A DNA stretch of 64,000 bases, taken from assembly GCA_950097015.1 (NCBI GenBank), contig CATNEN010000032.1:930001-994000 (forward strand), in the 5' to 3' direction. Source of the DNA: Macrostomum hystrix (taxonomy: Eukaryota > Animalia > Platyhelminthes). Within the stretch, counting starts at the first letter, position 1. Every line of letters begins with the position of its first letter. Shown one piece after another: positions 50,401 through 61,241 of the stretch. The notes under the pieces are model-generated. The model was not told where the DNA came from. It saw nothing but the letters and a program-made list of their open reading frames with translations, and searched no databases. The position numbers were made by a program, and so were the translations under genes.

Positions 50401-53400
50401 TGAGTTTGCTTCTCAGCCAATTCCCCCCATGAAATTTCCCACTGTTGAATCCGCTTGTGCCACCCACAGTGAGCATGCACATTTCTGTCCGCTTTTGTTT
50501 CCTGTATTTCTGGCGTCACTTCCTACTATACTAGTTTCCCCTCAGTCCTTCCCAATATGGCTCTTTCCCCATCTCCCAATCCTTCTTCCCTCCCACGCGC
50601 GCCTGTCGCTAAGATTTAGCGTAAATCTCGTCTCACACATGCCGTTAATCCAAATCTGGCGTTAAATGCTTGAAATAAATGAGCCCAACGCCTCAGTCCC
50701 ACTCAAACGCAGGCGTATGCGTTGGATAAGTTTGTGGTCGGGGCTGAGGCCGTGCTGTGCTAACTGTTGCTAGCGGATATTAATCCTGACGCTTTGAGCC
50801 AACAGAAAAAATGCTAGCGGATGAAAAGAGAGAGATAGACGAGCCGAACCGAATGGGATCAGGACTTAGAAAGGTGACTCAGTGCACGACTGAGAGACAT
50901 GGGTTTACACGCTAAAGGGATTGCAGGGCATTGCTGCTGCTGCTGCTTCCGCAGTTGTGCCAATATGTTAATCTATCTAGAATTTCGTGTTTGGATTAGA
51001 TAATATTTATCAGTATCTAATGTCAATATCTACTTTTTATCAAGGTTTCCTGTTGAAATCAGTTTAAACGTTCAAAAACTTTCTTTAATGTTGATATTTT
51101 TCTTTGCATGCAGTGGGATTTTTAAGGTCGAATATTATGTTTAGAATATGATTTTTATGTCAGGAATGATGGTAAGAATGGGATTTTAATGTCAGGGATG
51201 ATGGCAAGAATGGGATTTTATTGTCAGGAATGGTGGCAAGAATGGGATTTCAATGTCAGGAATGGTGGCAAGAATGGGATTTTATTGTCATGGATGGTGG
51301 CGAGAATGGGATTTCAATGTCAGGGATGATGGCAAGAATGGGATTTCAATGTCAGGAATGGTGTCAAGAATGGGATTTCAATGTCAGGGATGATGGCAAG
51401 AATGGGATTTCAATGTCAGGAATGGTGGCAAGAATGGGATTTCAATGTCAGGGATGATGGCAAGAATGGGATTTCAATGTCAGGAATGGTGTCAAGAATG
51501 GGATTTCAATGTCAGGGATGGTGGCAAGAATGGGATTTCAATGTCAGGGATGATGGCAAGAATGGGATTTCAATGTCAGGGATGATGGCAAGAATGGGAT
51601 TTCAATGTCAGGGATGATGGCAAGAATTGGATTTCAATGTCAGGGATGATGGCAAGAATGGGATTTCAATGTCAGGGATGGTGGCAAGAATGGGATTTCA
51701 ATGTCAGGGATGGTGGCAAGAATGGGATTTCAATGTCAGGAATGGTGGCAAGAATGGGATTTTATTGTCAGGGATGATAGCAACAATGGGATTTTAATGT
51801 CAGTGATGATGGCAAGAATGGGATTTCAATGTCAGGGATGATAGCAACAATGGGATTTCAATGTCAGGGATGATGGCAAGAATGGGATTTCAATGTCAGG
51901 GATGGTGGCAAGAATGGGATTTCAATGTCAGGAATGGTGGCAAGAATGGGATTTCAATGTCAGGAATGGTGGCAAGAATGGTATTTTATTGTCAGGGATG
52001 ATGGCAAGAATGGGATTTCAATGTCAGGGATGATGGCAAGAATGGGATTTCAATGTCAGGGATGATGGCAAGAATTGGATTTCAATGTCAGGGATGATGG
52101 CAAGAATGGGATTTCAATGTCAGGGATGGTGGCAAGAATGGGATTTCAATGTCAGGAATGGTGGCAAGAATGGGATTTTATTGTCAGGGATGATAGCAAC
52201 AATGGGATTTTAATGTCAGTGATGATGGCAAGAATGGGATTTCAATGTCAGGGATGATAGCAACAATGGGATTTCAATGTCAGGGATGATGGCAAGAATG
52301 GGATTTCAATGTCAGGGATGGTGGCAAGAATGGGATTTCAATGTCAGGAATGGTGGCAAGAATGGGATTTCAATGTCAGGAATGGTGGCAAGAATGGTAT
52401 TTTATTGTCAGGAATGGTGGCAAGAATGGGATTTCAATGTCAGGGATGATGGCAAGAATGGGATTTTATTGTCAGGGATGATAGCAACAATGGGATTTCA
52501 ATGTCAGGGATGATGGCAAGAATGAGATTTCAATGTCAGGGATGGTGGCAAGAATGGGATTTCAATGTCAGGAATGGTGGCAAGAATGGTATTTTATTGT
52601 CAGGAATGGTGGCAAGAATGGGATTTCAATGTCAGGGATGATGGCAACAATGGGATTTCAATGTCAGGGATGATGGCAAGAATGGGATTTCAATGTCAGG
52701 GATGATAGAAACAATGGGATTTCAATGTCAGGAATGGTGGCAAGAATGGGATTTCAATGTCAGGAATGGTGGCAAGAATGGTATTTTATTGTCAGGAATG
52801 GTGGCAAGAATGGGATTTCAATGTCAGGGATGATAGCAACAATGGGATTTCAATGTCAGGGATGATGGCAAGAATGGGATTTCAATGTCAGGGATGATGG
52901 CAACAATGGGATTTCAATGTCAGGGATGATGGCAAGAATGGGATTTCAATGTCAGGGATGGTGGCAAGAATGGGATTTCAATGTCAGGAATGGTGGCAAG
53001 AATGGGATTTCAATGTCAGGGATGATGGCAAGAATGGGATTTTATTGTCAGGGATGATAGCAACAATGGGATTTCAATGTCAGGGATGATGGCAAGAATG
53101 GGATTTCAATGTCAGGGATGGTGGCAAGAATTGGATTTCAATGTCAGGAATGGTGGCAAGAATGGTATTTTATTGTCAGGAATGGTGGCAAGAATGGGAT
53201 TTCAATGTCAGGGATGATGGCAACAATGGGATTTCAATGTCAGGGATGATGGCAAGAATGGGATTTCAATGTCAGGGATGGTGGCAAGAATGGGATTTCA
53301 ATGTCAGGAATGGTGGCAAGAATGGGATTTCAATGTCAGGGATGATGGCAAGAATGGGATTTTAATTGACCGCTATTTGAACAAAAATCCAACCTTGGCG

Positions 53401-53726
53401 ACATTTGATCCCACCGCCGCCCGCTGCTCATAGAGGACAGCTACAAGGGCCCCGGCTTCACCGACCGCTGTCGCGAGGCCGGCCTGTGCTGTTGCTACCA
53501 GCCCGTTGGCGCCAAGCGTGGCGACATTAACTTTACCTGCCCTGCCGAGGCTACCAAACTGAATCAGCGCTATCCGCCAGATCAGTCCTGGAATTCCACG
53601 GCCGGCAACGCCACGGACCAAGCCTCCAGCGGCGGCGGCGGCAGCGGCGCTGTCTGCAAGGCTAGCATTTCCCGCCTGTTGTTGCTCAGCGCATTATTGA
53701 CGGCCGTGCTAATCCGCATCTGTTAA
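41497..53726 (+). CDS. NALF1: NALCN auxiliary factor (NALF/FAM155/NLF-1)-like protein, ~501 aa, 3 exons
   Basis: Exons 41497-42486, 49376-49598, 53434-53726 (GT-AG, phases 0 and 1, total 1506 nt). N-terminal hydrophobic signal. Cys-rich domain CR-AAYSGWLCSVYF...KPCPDWCQAVETECPYVAPSEDVSNSGEPLFLCH parallels FAM155 CKIVYKAWLCSQYF...PCKQYCLEVQTRCPF..D....GGLSSFIC. Hydrophobic C-terminal tail (LLLLSALLTAVLIRIC). The symbol denotes the family, not a specific vertebrate paralog. Confidence 0.82.
43070..43965. repeat. Compound 19-bp/13-bp minisatellite (TGATCGGAAATGGCAGCAT / GTGAAATGGCAGT) in NALF intron 1
   Basis: Read directly; source of the repetitive ORFs at 43018-44043. Confidence 0.94.
44791..44818. 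repeat. (GT)n microsatellite
   Basis: GTGTGTGTGTGTGTGTGTCTGTGTGTGT. Confidence 0.85.
45690..47240. repeat. 32-bp minisatellite (GCAGCCAACTGAAGCATCTGAGGGTGACAATA) in NALF intron 1
   Basis: About 48 tandem copies. Confidence 0.96.
47710..48085. repeat. 24/26-bp minisatellite (GAGCTCTGTACCAACAC[AC]AACTGCA)
   Basis: About 15 copies that alternate in length by one AC dinucleotide. Confidence 0.94.
49609..49960. repeat. 17-bp minisatellite (CTAGTGCTCACTGCCTG) starting just after the NALF exon 2 donor
   Basis: About 20 copies. Confidence 0.94.
49995..50290. repeat. 21-bp minisatellite (TCTCACCCTTCTGTCTCATAG)
   Basis: About 14 copies. Confidence 0.93.
51150..53362. repeat. 32-bp minisatellite (GGCAAGAATGGGATTTCAATGTCAGGGATGAT) in NALF intron 2
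   Basis: About 69 copies, ending ~70 bp before the exon 3 acceptor. Confidence 0.96.
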
Positions 53727-54254
53727 TCCAGAATGTACAGCAGGCCTGGCTTCCGCCCCTGCTCTACCTGCCCATTGTTGTCTAGCGAGTCGATGCTTGT
53801 CAGTTCTCTCATTCTCCTATCTGCTGCGTAAAGCATGGATCGTATTTTGATAATTTATTATTTAATTTATTAATATTTTTAAAGCTACCGCACTCAGCTT
53901 TAAGCCACTGCAACCATTTTTCTCTCGACTGATTTTGGTATTTTAATTACGAATGTTATAAAATGCGAGACAATATAAAACGAAATGATAATATAATACC
54001 TATTTATGCTAGTCTCTGATATCCAATCAAAGATAATTTGTTATTCCCCCCGTCAAGTGTTTGGCTGTGCATTTAACGGCTTGCTTTAGTCCGCTTCAAA
54101 GACTTCACATAATCAATAGAAGGGGCGCGATAGTGTCTGTTAGTCCCAGTTCAAATATGTCTCCATTTTTTCAGTTTGAATTGAATTTCCACCAACGAGT
54201 AATCTTTTTATTCCTACTGTATTTGGCACTAGAAATCTTTAATAAATCTTCCTA

Positions 54255-54510
54255 CCCGATGATCCCTCTCTATCCACTGATTATCCGTCTCTATCCACTA
54301 ATTATCCTTCTCTATCTACTGATTATCCCTCTCTATCCACAGATTATCCCTCTCTATCCACTGATTATCCCTCTCTATCCACTAGTTATCCCTCTCTATC
54401 CATAGATTATCCTTCCCTATCCACTGATTGTTCCTCTCTATCCACTGATTGTCCTTCTCTATCCATTGATTATCCCTCTTTAACATATAATTTTCTCTCT
54501 ATCCACTGCT
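54255..54510. repeat. 21-bp minisatellite (TATCCACTGATTATCCCTCTC)
   Basis: About 11 copies. Confidence 0.9.
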
Positions 54511-55224
54511 ATCTCTCTACACCTTCGAGTTATCCCAGTTCCTCTCGTTTTATATTAGGTCCCAAATGCTTCCTTCTTGTTTATGTTCAGAAGTTTTGGC
54601 TCCAATAAAGTTAGCGGAAATCATATTGATCAAACAAGACATTTCCCATAACCCTTGCCTGCTTGCTGTACATGCAAACCCTGCTCACTGCACCCCAGAA
54701 CCAATGTCACTGCATTGCTGCTGCTGCCGCTATTGCTGCTTCAGCCGCCGCGAGTTTATCTTCAGCTTGTCCGCTAGTCAAAAAGTTGTGTCATCCACCA
54801 GCATTGGGTTCAGCTGGCCTTCTTAGTACCTCATTGTCTGTTTATTTTCATTTCTTAAAGTGATTTTTGTGTAGCAGCAAATCATGCGCTGCTTTATTAG
54901 ATATTTTTGTTAGCTAGCGAATTCTTTGCACGATTTGTTCACCTGGTTTTTACCCCCCCCACCTACCCCTACGAGTAACTGAACATTGACTTTTAGCTAG
55001 TTTGTCTCTGTTTAAATAATTATGTTTTCACACCTTTCTATTTGGTGAATTGTTAGCAGCTGTATTTAATAGCAGTCTAGTCTAACACTGCTCTGTCTCT
55101 CTTGTGCGTACCGCTTCGTTATTGTCTGATTCTCTCACCTGCGACTGCCTGCCGCCCTTATTTCACACTCGCTACATCTGCACCTCTCCGCTGCTGCATC
55201 CTTCTTTTTACTGTTTTCGAGTTC

Positions 55225-55945
55225 ATCTGTCTGTTCTGGGTATCTGTCTGTTCTGGGTATCTGTCTGTTCTGCGTATCTGTCTGTTCTGGATGTCTGTCT
55301 GTTCTGGATGTCTGTCTGTTCTGGGTGTCTGTCTGTTCTGGGTGTCTGTCTGTTCTGGCTGACTGTCTGTTCTGGGTGTCTGTCTGTTCTGGGTGTCTGT
55401 CTGTTCTGGGTGTCTGTCTGTTCTGGCTGACTGTCTGTTCTGGGTGTCTGTCTGTTCTGGCTGACTGTCTGTTCTGGGTGTCTGTCTGTTCTGGTTGTCT
55501 GTCTGTTCTGGGTGTCTGTCTGTTCTGGGTGTCTGTCTGTTCTGGGTGTCTGTCTGTTCTGGGTGTCTGTCTGTTCTGGCTGACTGTCTGTTCTGGGTGT
55601 CTGTCTGTTCTGGGTGTCTGTCTGTTCTGGCTGACTGTCTGTTCTGGGTGTCTGTCTGTTCTGGCTGACTGTCTGTTCTGGGTGTCTGTCTGTTCTGGTT
55701 GTCTGTCTGTTCTGGGTGTCTGTCTGTTCTGGCTGACTGTCTGTTCTGGGTGTCTGTCTGTTCTGGGTGTCTGTCTGTTCTGGGTGTCTGTCTGTTCTGG
55801 CTGACTGTCTGTTCTGGGTGTCTGTCTGTTCTGGCTGACTGTCTGTTCTGGGTGTCTGTCTGTTCTGGTTGTCTGTCTGTTCTGGGTGTCTGTCTGTTCT
55901 GGGTGTCTGTCTGTTCTGGGTGTCTGTCTGTTCTGGCTGACTGTT
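55225..55945. repeat. 17-bp minisatellite (TGTCTGTCTGTTCTGGG)
   Basis: About 42 copies. Confidence 0.95.
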
Positions 55946-56585
55946 TCTGCCCGCCTTGAGATGGTCAGAGCTTGACGCCTAAGCTAAAAATAAATTGCGC
56001 CAAGTATCCAGCAGACTCGCGGGCATTGTGAAGCTTTGGGCGGGCCTGTGGCTTCCGCTTCCCTCCTCGTTTAGTACACTTTAACAAATAATAAATTGTC
56101 AAAGCGTGTCATTGTACTGTGCTCTTTGCCTCACCCCCTCTTGTCTTCAGGCCTTGCTTGCGTGACCTCCTTGTGTACCTCTCAGTCGAAGCTAAGCAGT
56201 GGCTGCTATTTTTTACAAGGGCAATATCCCCACATTTCTGACTTAATCCCGAGCTGGGAGAGTTTGCGAATCAGTTTTCCTGGACAATTCAGTCAGTCAT
56301 TTAAAATTGAAATCAAATCAAAGCAGTTTTCTGTTTAAAAAAATAAATTCTACACTTCGCTAGTGTCCATGGATTGATTGTTTTACCAAGCCACGCTTAT
56401 CATTGTGTTAGTTTTATTTCTTCCAGCTTATGGTGAAAGTTTAGGATATAAATTACTAATTTTAGTAGCTGAAGATTCTTGTGCTTTATCAAATAAAACT
56501 GCAAAGCTTCAAGCACTCTGTGTCCGAAATAATGTTACTTCAATATAGGCAGAAATACAGAGTATAGTGTAGAATATTAAATTAA

Positions 56586-56664
56586 ATGTCGGCGGATTCG
56601 AACTTCGGATCGCACTTTATAGAGATTAATGGACTAGAAATGACACCCTACCCAGCTGGGCCAG
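56586..56664 (-). other. tRNA-derived Pol III promoter-like segment (probable SINE head or tRNA pseudogene)
   Basis: The minus strand has an A-box-like TGGCCCAGCTGG and a B-box GTTCGAATCC about 50 nt apart, with a D-stem-like GCCC..GGGT. The cloverleaf is incomplete. Confidence 0.4.
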
Positions 56665-56893
56665 ATGTACAGCCAGTGGTACAGCCAATCAGCTCTTCAG
56701 TCCACGGACTGGGAGTGAAGCCTACGTAGCCCTTAGTTAGCCAAAAACTTAAAGCGAGTGACCGGGGTACTATCTAAGAATGCTGCCTGGAACTTTACTT
56801 TATAGGACCTAGGACACGGCTGAGTGCAAATTCAAATAATCTGATAATCCTTTCGACTCATTCCATTGCAATATCTGTTCATTTATATTCCAG

Positions 56894-59800
56894 TACTCAA
56901 ACGTAAGCCGAGAGCAGCTGCTCCAGGCGCTGTTTCGCGCCAAGGGCATTGTGCTGGAGTGCAACGAAATCCTGCACGCCTACAGGTAATGCTGGCCGCT
57001 TAAAGTAACAGTTGTAGTTTTTTTGTTCGGATAAAATATAGATTTGCATTTGGTCGTGAGTTCGAGTTCCGATCGATGCAAGCAGTAGGTCATAAGTTCG
57101 AGTCCCAATCGATGCTAGCAGTAGGTCGTGAGTTCGACTCCCGTTCGATACTAGCAGTAGGTCGTGAGTTCGAGTTCCGAACAGTGCAAGCAGTAGGTCT
57201 TGAGTTCGAGTCTTGTCATTTCTCCATGCGTTCGAGTCTTGATTGCTGCAAATATTATATAGGCATTGTATAGGGTCTGGTCACCAATATTCCAGCATAG
57301 AAAGTGATTTAATAGATAAAAAAGTAAAGTATCTCAATATCTGTCTCACTGCCTCGCGTTCGCCCGCAGAGAAAAATGCGATCGAGTGTCCAAGCTCGAG
57401 TGCGAGGTTGCCCGACTTCGCCGTGGCGATTCGTCGTCTGCGGCGGACCCGGCCGCGGCAGCCCCGCGCGGCCAGCACCTGAGCGCCGCCTTGGCCAACG
57501 CCCAGTTCGAGGCCGAGAAGCGCCAGCTGCAGCTGGAGCTGCGCGCTGCTGGCGAAGAATTGCTCGAGCTGCGGCTGGCCAATCGGGACCTTCGGCTGGC
57601 GCTGGAGAAGCGGTGCGACTGTCGAACTGTTGGCGTCCAGACGCGGATGAAGCTATTAAAGAGGACCGCGCGAACGCCTTCGCCGCCTAAGACACAGCGG
57701 CGCGGTCGAAAACCGAAAACGGCTTTGCCTCCCCCGTCGTCAGCATCTTCTTGCTCTTCTACATCTTCGTGCTCTTCTACGTCTTCTTCAGATGAAGAAT
57801 TCGAGACTGTACAACAGCGCCCTGCGTCGCCTTCGCCGTCATCGCTGCCGCGGCCCCCCGCTAAACAACAGCAGCAGCAGCAGAGGGGCAAGCCAGCCTT
57901 TGGAGCATCCAGGTTGACTCCGACAGCGGCGGAGCCACAAATTCTCGAAGCCGCCGAGGTTGCTGCGCCGTTAGAAACTAATAATAATAGCGACGAGTCG
58001 TTGGTCGTGTCCACTAGAAGGCGGAGTCTGCGAAGCTACAGTCAGCGAGCAGTGCCCGCTGTGATTTCATCATCTCCTGTCAAATCGCTGCCTTCGCCAA
58101 AGTCGCAGCCAGCGCCGCCGCTAGCGCCGCAGCCAGCGCCGTCGCTAGCGCCGCAGCCAGCTCAGCCGCCTGTGGAGAAGGACGCGCCACCAGCCGCTGA
58201 GCAGGAGCCCGCAGACCTGTCCGATTTCGGCTTCGATCCGGACGCTTTGGCGGCCGAGTCGGCGCTATTCGCCGATATTCCGGCCATGGCCCAGTCTCTG
58301 CTGCGCGAGTTGAACTCGTCTAATTTTATTTCGCCACCACCACAGCAGGCGGCCATGGATGAGGAGGATGACGATGCTGAGCCGGCTGAGAAGCGGCAGA
58401 AACTGGACGCCCAGACTGACGAAGCCCAAGCTTCTAGGCAGGAAGAAAAAGCCGAGTTAGTGGCAACCGCAGCCAGCCAGCCGCTAGTGCTTGACGAATT
58501 GGAGCAGTCCATTGCTTATCGAGCAGTTTCAGCTAAGCTGGGCCCAGAGTGGCGCCCCGATGCGCTAGCCGCTTGGGTGGTCTTCTTGACCAAGGCGTTG
58601 CCACCTGCTCCTTTGGAGCCCATCGACGACTTTGTTGATCATCATCAGACAATCTCAGATTTGGCTGCCAAAAGTGAGTCTGAAAACCGACAGAGATCCG
58701 ATTTAGAGGATGTGACTAACTCAACTCCAGGAGAAGACACTAGAAAGAAAGCTGATGAAGCTGAAAATACAGTCGCAGAGGATGCTGATGACAAAAGGAA
58801 TGCGAAGACAAAAGCAGAACCAAATAAAAGCAAGGCGGAAGAAAATTATGCAGTGAAAGCGCTAACAGAAGCTGATGCTCAGAGAGAAGCAGAGGCGGAA
58901 CCGGAGGCTGCAGTCATAAAGAAATCAGAAACGGAAGCCAGGAAGAAAGCGGAAGCGGAAGCCAGGAAGAAAGCGGAAACGGAAGCCAGGAAGAAAGCGG
59001 AAGCGGAGGCCAGGAAGGAAGCGGAAGCGGAGGCCAGGAAGGAAGCGGAAGCGGAAGCCAGGAAGAAAGCGGAAGCGGAAGCCATCAAGAAAGCGGAAGC
59101 GGAAGCCAGGAAGAAAGCGGAAGCGGAAGCCAGGAAGAAAGCGGAAACGGAAGCCATCAAGAAAGCGGAAGCGGAAGCCAGGAAGAAAGCGGAAGCGGAA
59201 GCCAGGAAGAAAGCGGAAACGGAAGCCAGGAAGAAAGCGGAAGCGGAAGCCAGGAAGAAAGCGGAAACGGAAGCCAGGAAGAAAGCGGAAGCGGAGGCCA
59301 GGAAGGAAGCGGAAGCGGAGGCCAGGAAGGAAGCGGAAGCGGAGGCCAGGAAGGAAGCGGAAGCGGAAGCCAGGAAGAAATCGGAAGCGGAAGCCAGAAA
59401 GAAAGCGGAAGCGGAAGCCAGGAAGAAAGCGGAAGCGGAGGCCAGGAAGGAAGCGGAAGCGGAAGCCAGGAAGAAAGCGGAAGCGGAGGCCAGGAAGGAA
59501 GCGGAAGCCAGGAAGAAGGCGGAAGCGGAGGCCAGGAAGAAAGCGGAAGCGGAAGCCAGGAAGAAAGCGGAAGCGGAATCGGAAGCAATAAAAAATGCGG
59601 AGGCGGAAATGGAATCCGACGCCAAGATGACAGCAGTAGCTGAGAGGCAAGGAAAAACACGTGCTAAGAGAAAAGCGAAAACAGAAGCAAGCGCCAAGAA
59701 GACAGTGGAAGCAGAAGTAGGTGCTAATCACAAAGAAGAAGCGGAGTCTCTGGAGTCCAGGCTAGCCCGGCTTGCAAGTTGCAAGCCACTCGACTCTGAG

Positions 59801-60157
59801 CAGCTGCTGGCCATCCTACCAGAAGTGCAACGCCGTTTCGAATCTGGCAGCTCAGACGCCGAAACCAGCAGCCAAAACTTGACGCTGATGTCGACGCTCA
59901 GTCAGCTCGTCGTTGGCGAAGGCGACCACTCGGCAGGCATGGACAAGGTACGCAGGTCGGCCCTGCTCTGCCTGCTCTCGGCTGGCTGGCTGGACCCCAG
60001 GCTGTGCGTGCAGACCGCCCTCCGCTGGGCAGACATTTGGGAGCCGCGGTCGGACGATCCAGCGCTGGTTCCTGTGCAACAATTTCTAATGCTGCACCCG
60101 CTTGTGCTGTCAGACCTGCTGCAAACCCAGCCGTTCCCTCCGGCACTGTTCAGCTGA
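56894..60157 (+). CDS. Large coiled-coil/low-complexity protein (>=959 aa, 5' exon not identified); weak resemblance to ICE1
   Basis: Exons 56894-56985 (CAG acceptor, GTAATG donor) and 57370-60157 join in phase 2 (…LHAYR|EKCDRVSKLE…). No in-frame ATG upstream of 56894 before a stop at 56837. Contains ~27 AEAEARKK repeats and a helical C-terminal domain. Confidence 0.8.
57052..57240 (+). repeat. 36-bp tandem repeat x5, each unit containing a Pol III B-box-like GTTCGA(G/C)TY motif, intronic
   Basis: GGTC starts at 57052, 57088, 57124, 57160 and 57196; consensus GCAGTAGGTCGTGAGTTCGAGTTCCGATCGATGCTA. Confidence 0.85.
58925..59585 (+). repeat. Coding 24-bp repeat (AEAEARKK/E)n
   Basis: GCGGAAGCGGAAGCCAGGAAGAAA repeated about 27 times in frame. 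Confidence 0.95.
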
Positions 60158-60294
60158 TGCTTGCAACTTCATCTAGACTTTTAACTAAACCTTTTGCGAG
60201 TGCTCCTTCAGATTTCCTTGATTGTTTCCTTCTTAATGGTCCTAATTCGATGTTATAATTCTATTTAAATCTGCAATATTGCAGTCCAAATCCC

Positions 60295-60760
60295 TAAATA
60301 TACTAACGAAGTCCCTTATAATCCTATTTAAATCCCTTAAATTCGATCTAAATCCCTTAAAATCCTACTTAAATCACTTAATATCCTATTTAAATCCCTT
60401 AAAATCCTACTTAAATCCCTTAAAATCCTACTTAAATCCCTTAAAATCCTACTTAAATCACTTAATATCCTATTTAAATCCCTTAAAATCCTACTTAAAT
60501 CACTTAATATCCTATTTAAATCCCTTAAAATCCTACTTAAATCCCTTAAAATCCTACTTAAATCCCTTAAAATCCTACTTAAATCCCTTAAAATCCTACT
60601 TAAATCCCTTAAAATCCTACTTAAATCCCTTAAAATCCTACTTAAATCCCTTAAAATCCTATTGAATTCTCTTAAAATCCAATTTAAATCCCTTGTAATT
60701 TGATCTAAATCCCTTAAAATCTAATTCAAATCCCTTACAATTCGATCTAAATCCCATATA
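60295..60760. repeat. 21-bp minisatellite (AAATCCCTTAAAATCCTACTT)
   Basis: About 21 copies. Confidence 0.94.
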
Positions 60761-61241
60761 ATCCCTTATTTTTCGAATCTTTAGATTCGATACAAAACTC
60801 AAAATCCCACCCCAAATCCTACTGTACTGTGCTCCTGCTGCATTTTCTACGTGTTAAATTATTTTCATTCCTGCGCTATTTTATATATCAAAATTCTACA
60901 ATCAACAATGAGTTCTACTCGTATTTTGTCATTCGTGTAAAAATCCACGTAAAAAGTAAGAAAACAGCAGGCATGACCTTCATAATGCGCAGTTGCGCAC
61001 TGATTTGACTTTCGATCATGGAGGACATAAAACGTTTTTTTGAATAAACTTTTCAAGCTGTCATTTTCTTTCTTGTCTTTAGACTTGTTGTATTTCTTGT
61101 ATTTCTTGTATTTCTTGTATTTCTTGTTTTTAATTTTTATCACAAAAATGATATTCAATGTTCGAGTATTATTTATAATCTTACTAAATATATCTTCAAC
61201 TGCTTTATAATTGCAGTAGACCTTCATTGCTGAGATTCGCT

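Noticed and set aside
430-53362. CRISPR-like arrays suggested by 32-36-bp repeat periods
   Set aside because: Units are head-to-tail with no unique spacers, no cas genes are present, and the context is eukaryotic.
43018-55959. Long ORFs over minisatellites (for example 43018-44043, 45723-47366, 47610-48180, 51221-53365, 55325-55959; likewise 5888-6526, 6741-7503, 9690-10701, 60279-60665)
   Set aside because: They are translations of stop-poor tandem units, open in several frames or strands, and mostly within introns.
56586-56727. ATG-initiated short ORF as first exon of the 56894-60157 gene
   Set aside because: It overlaps a tRNA-like segment on the opposite strand and has no convincing phase-0 donor; left unresolved rather than called.
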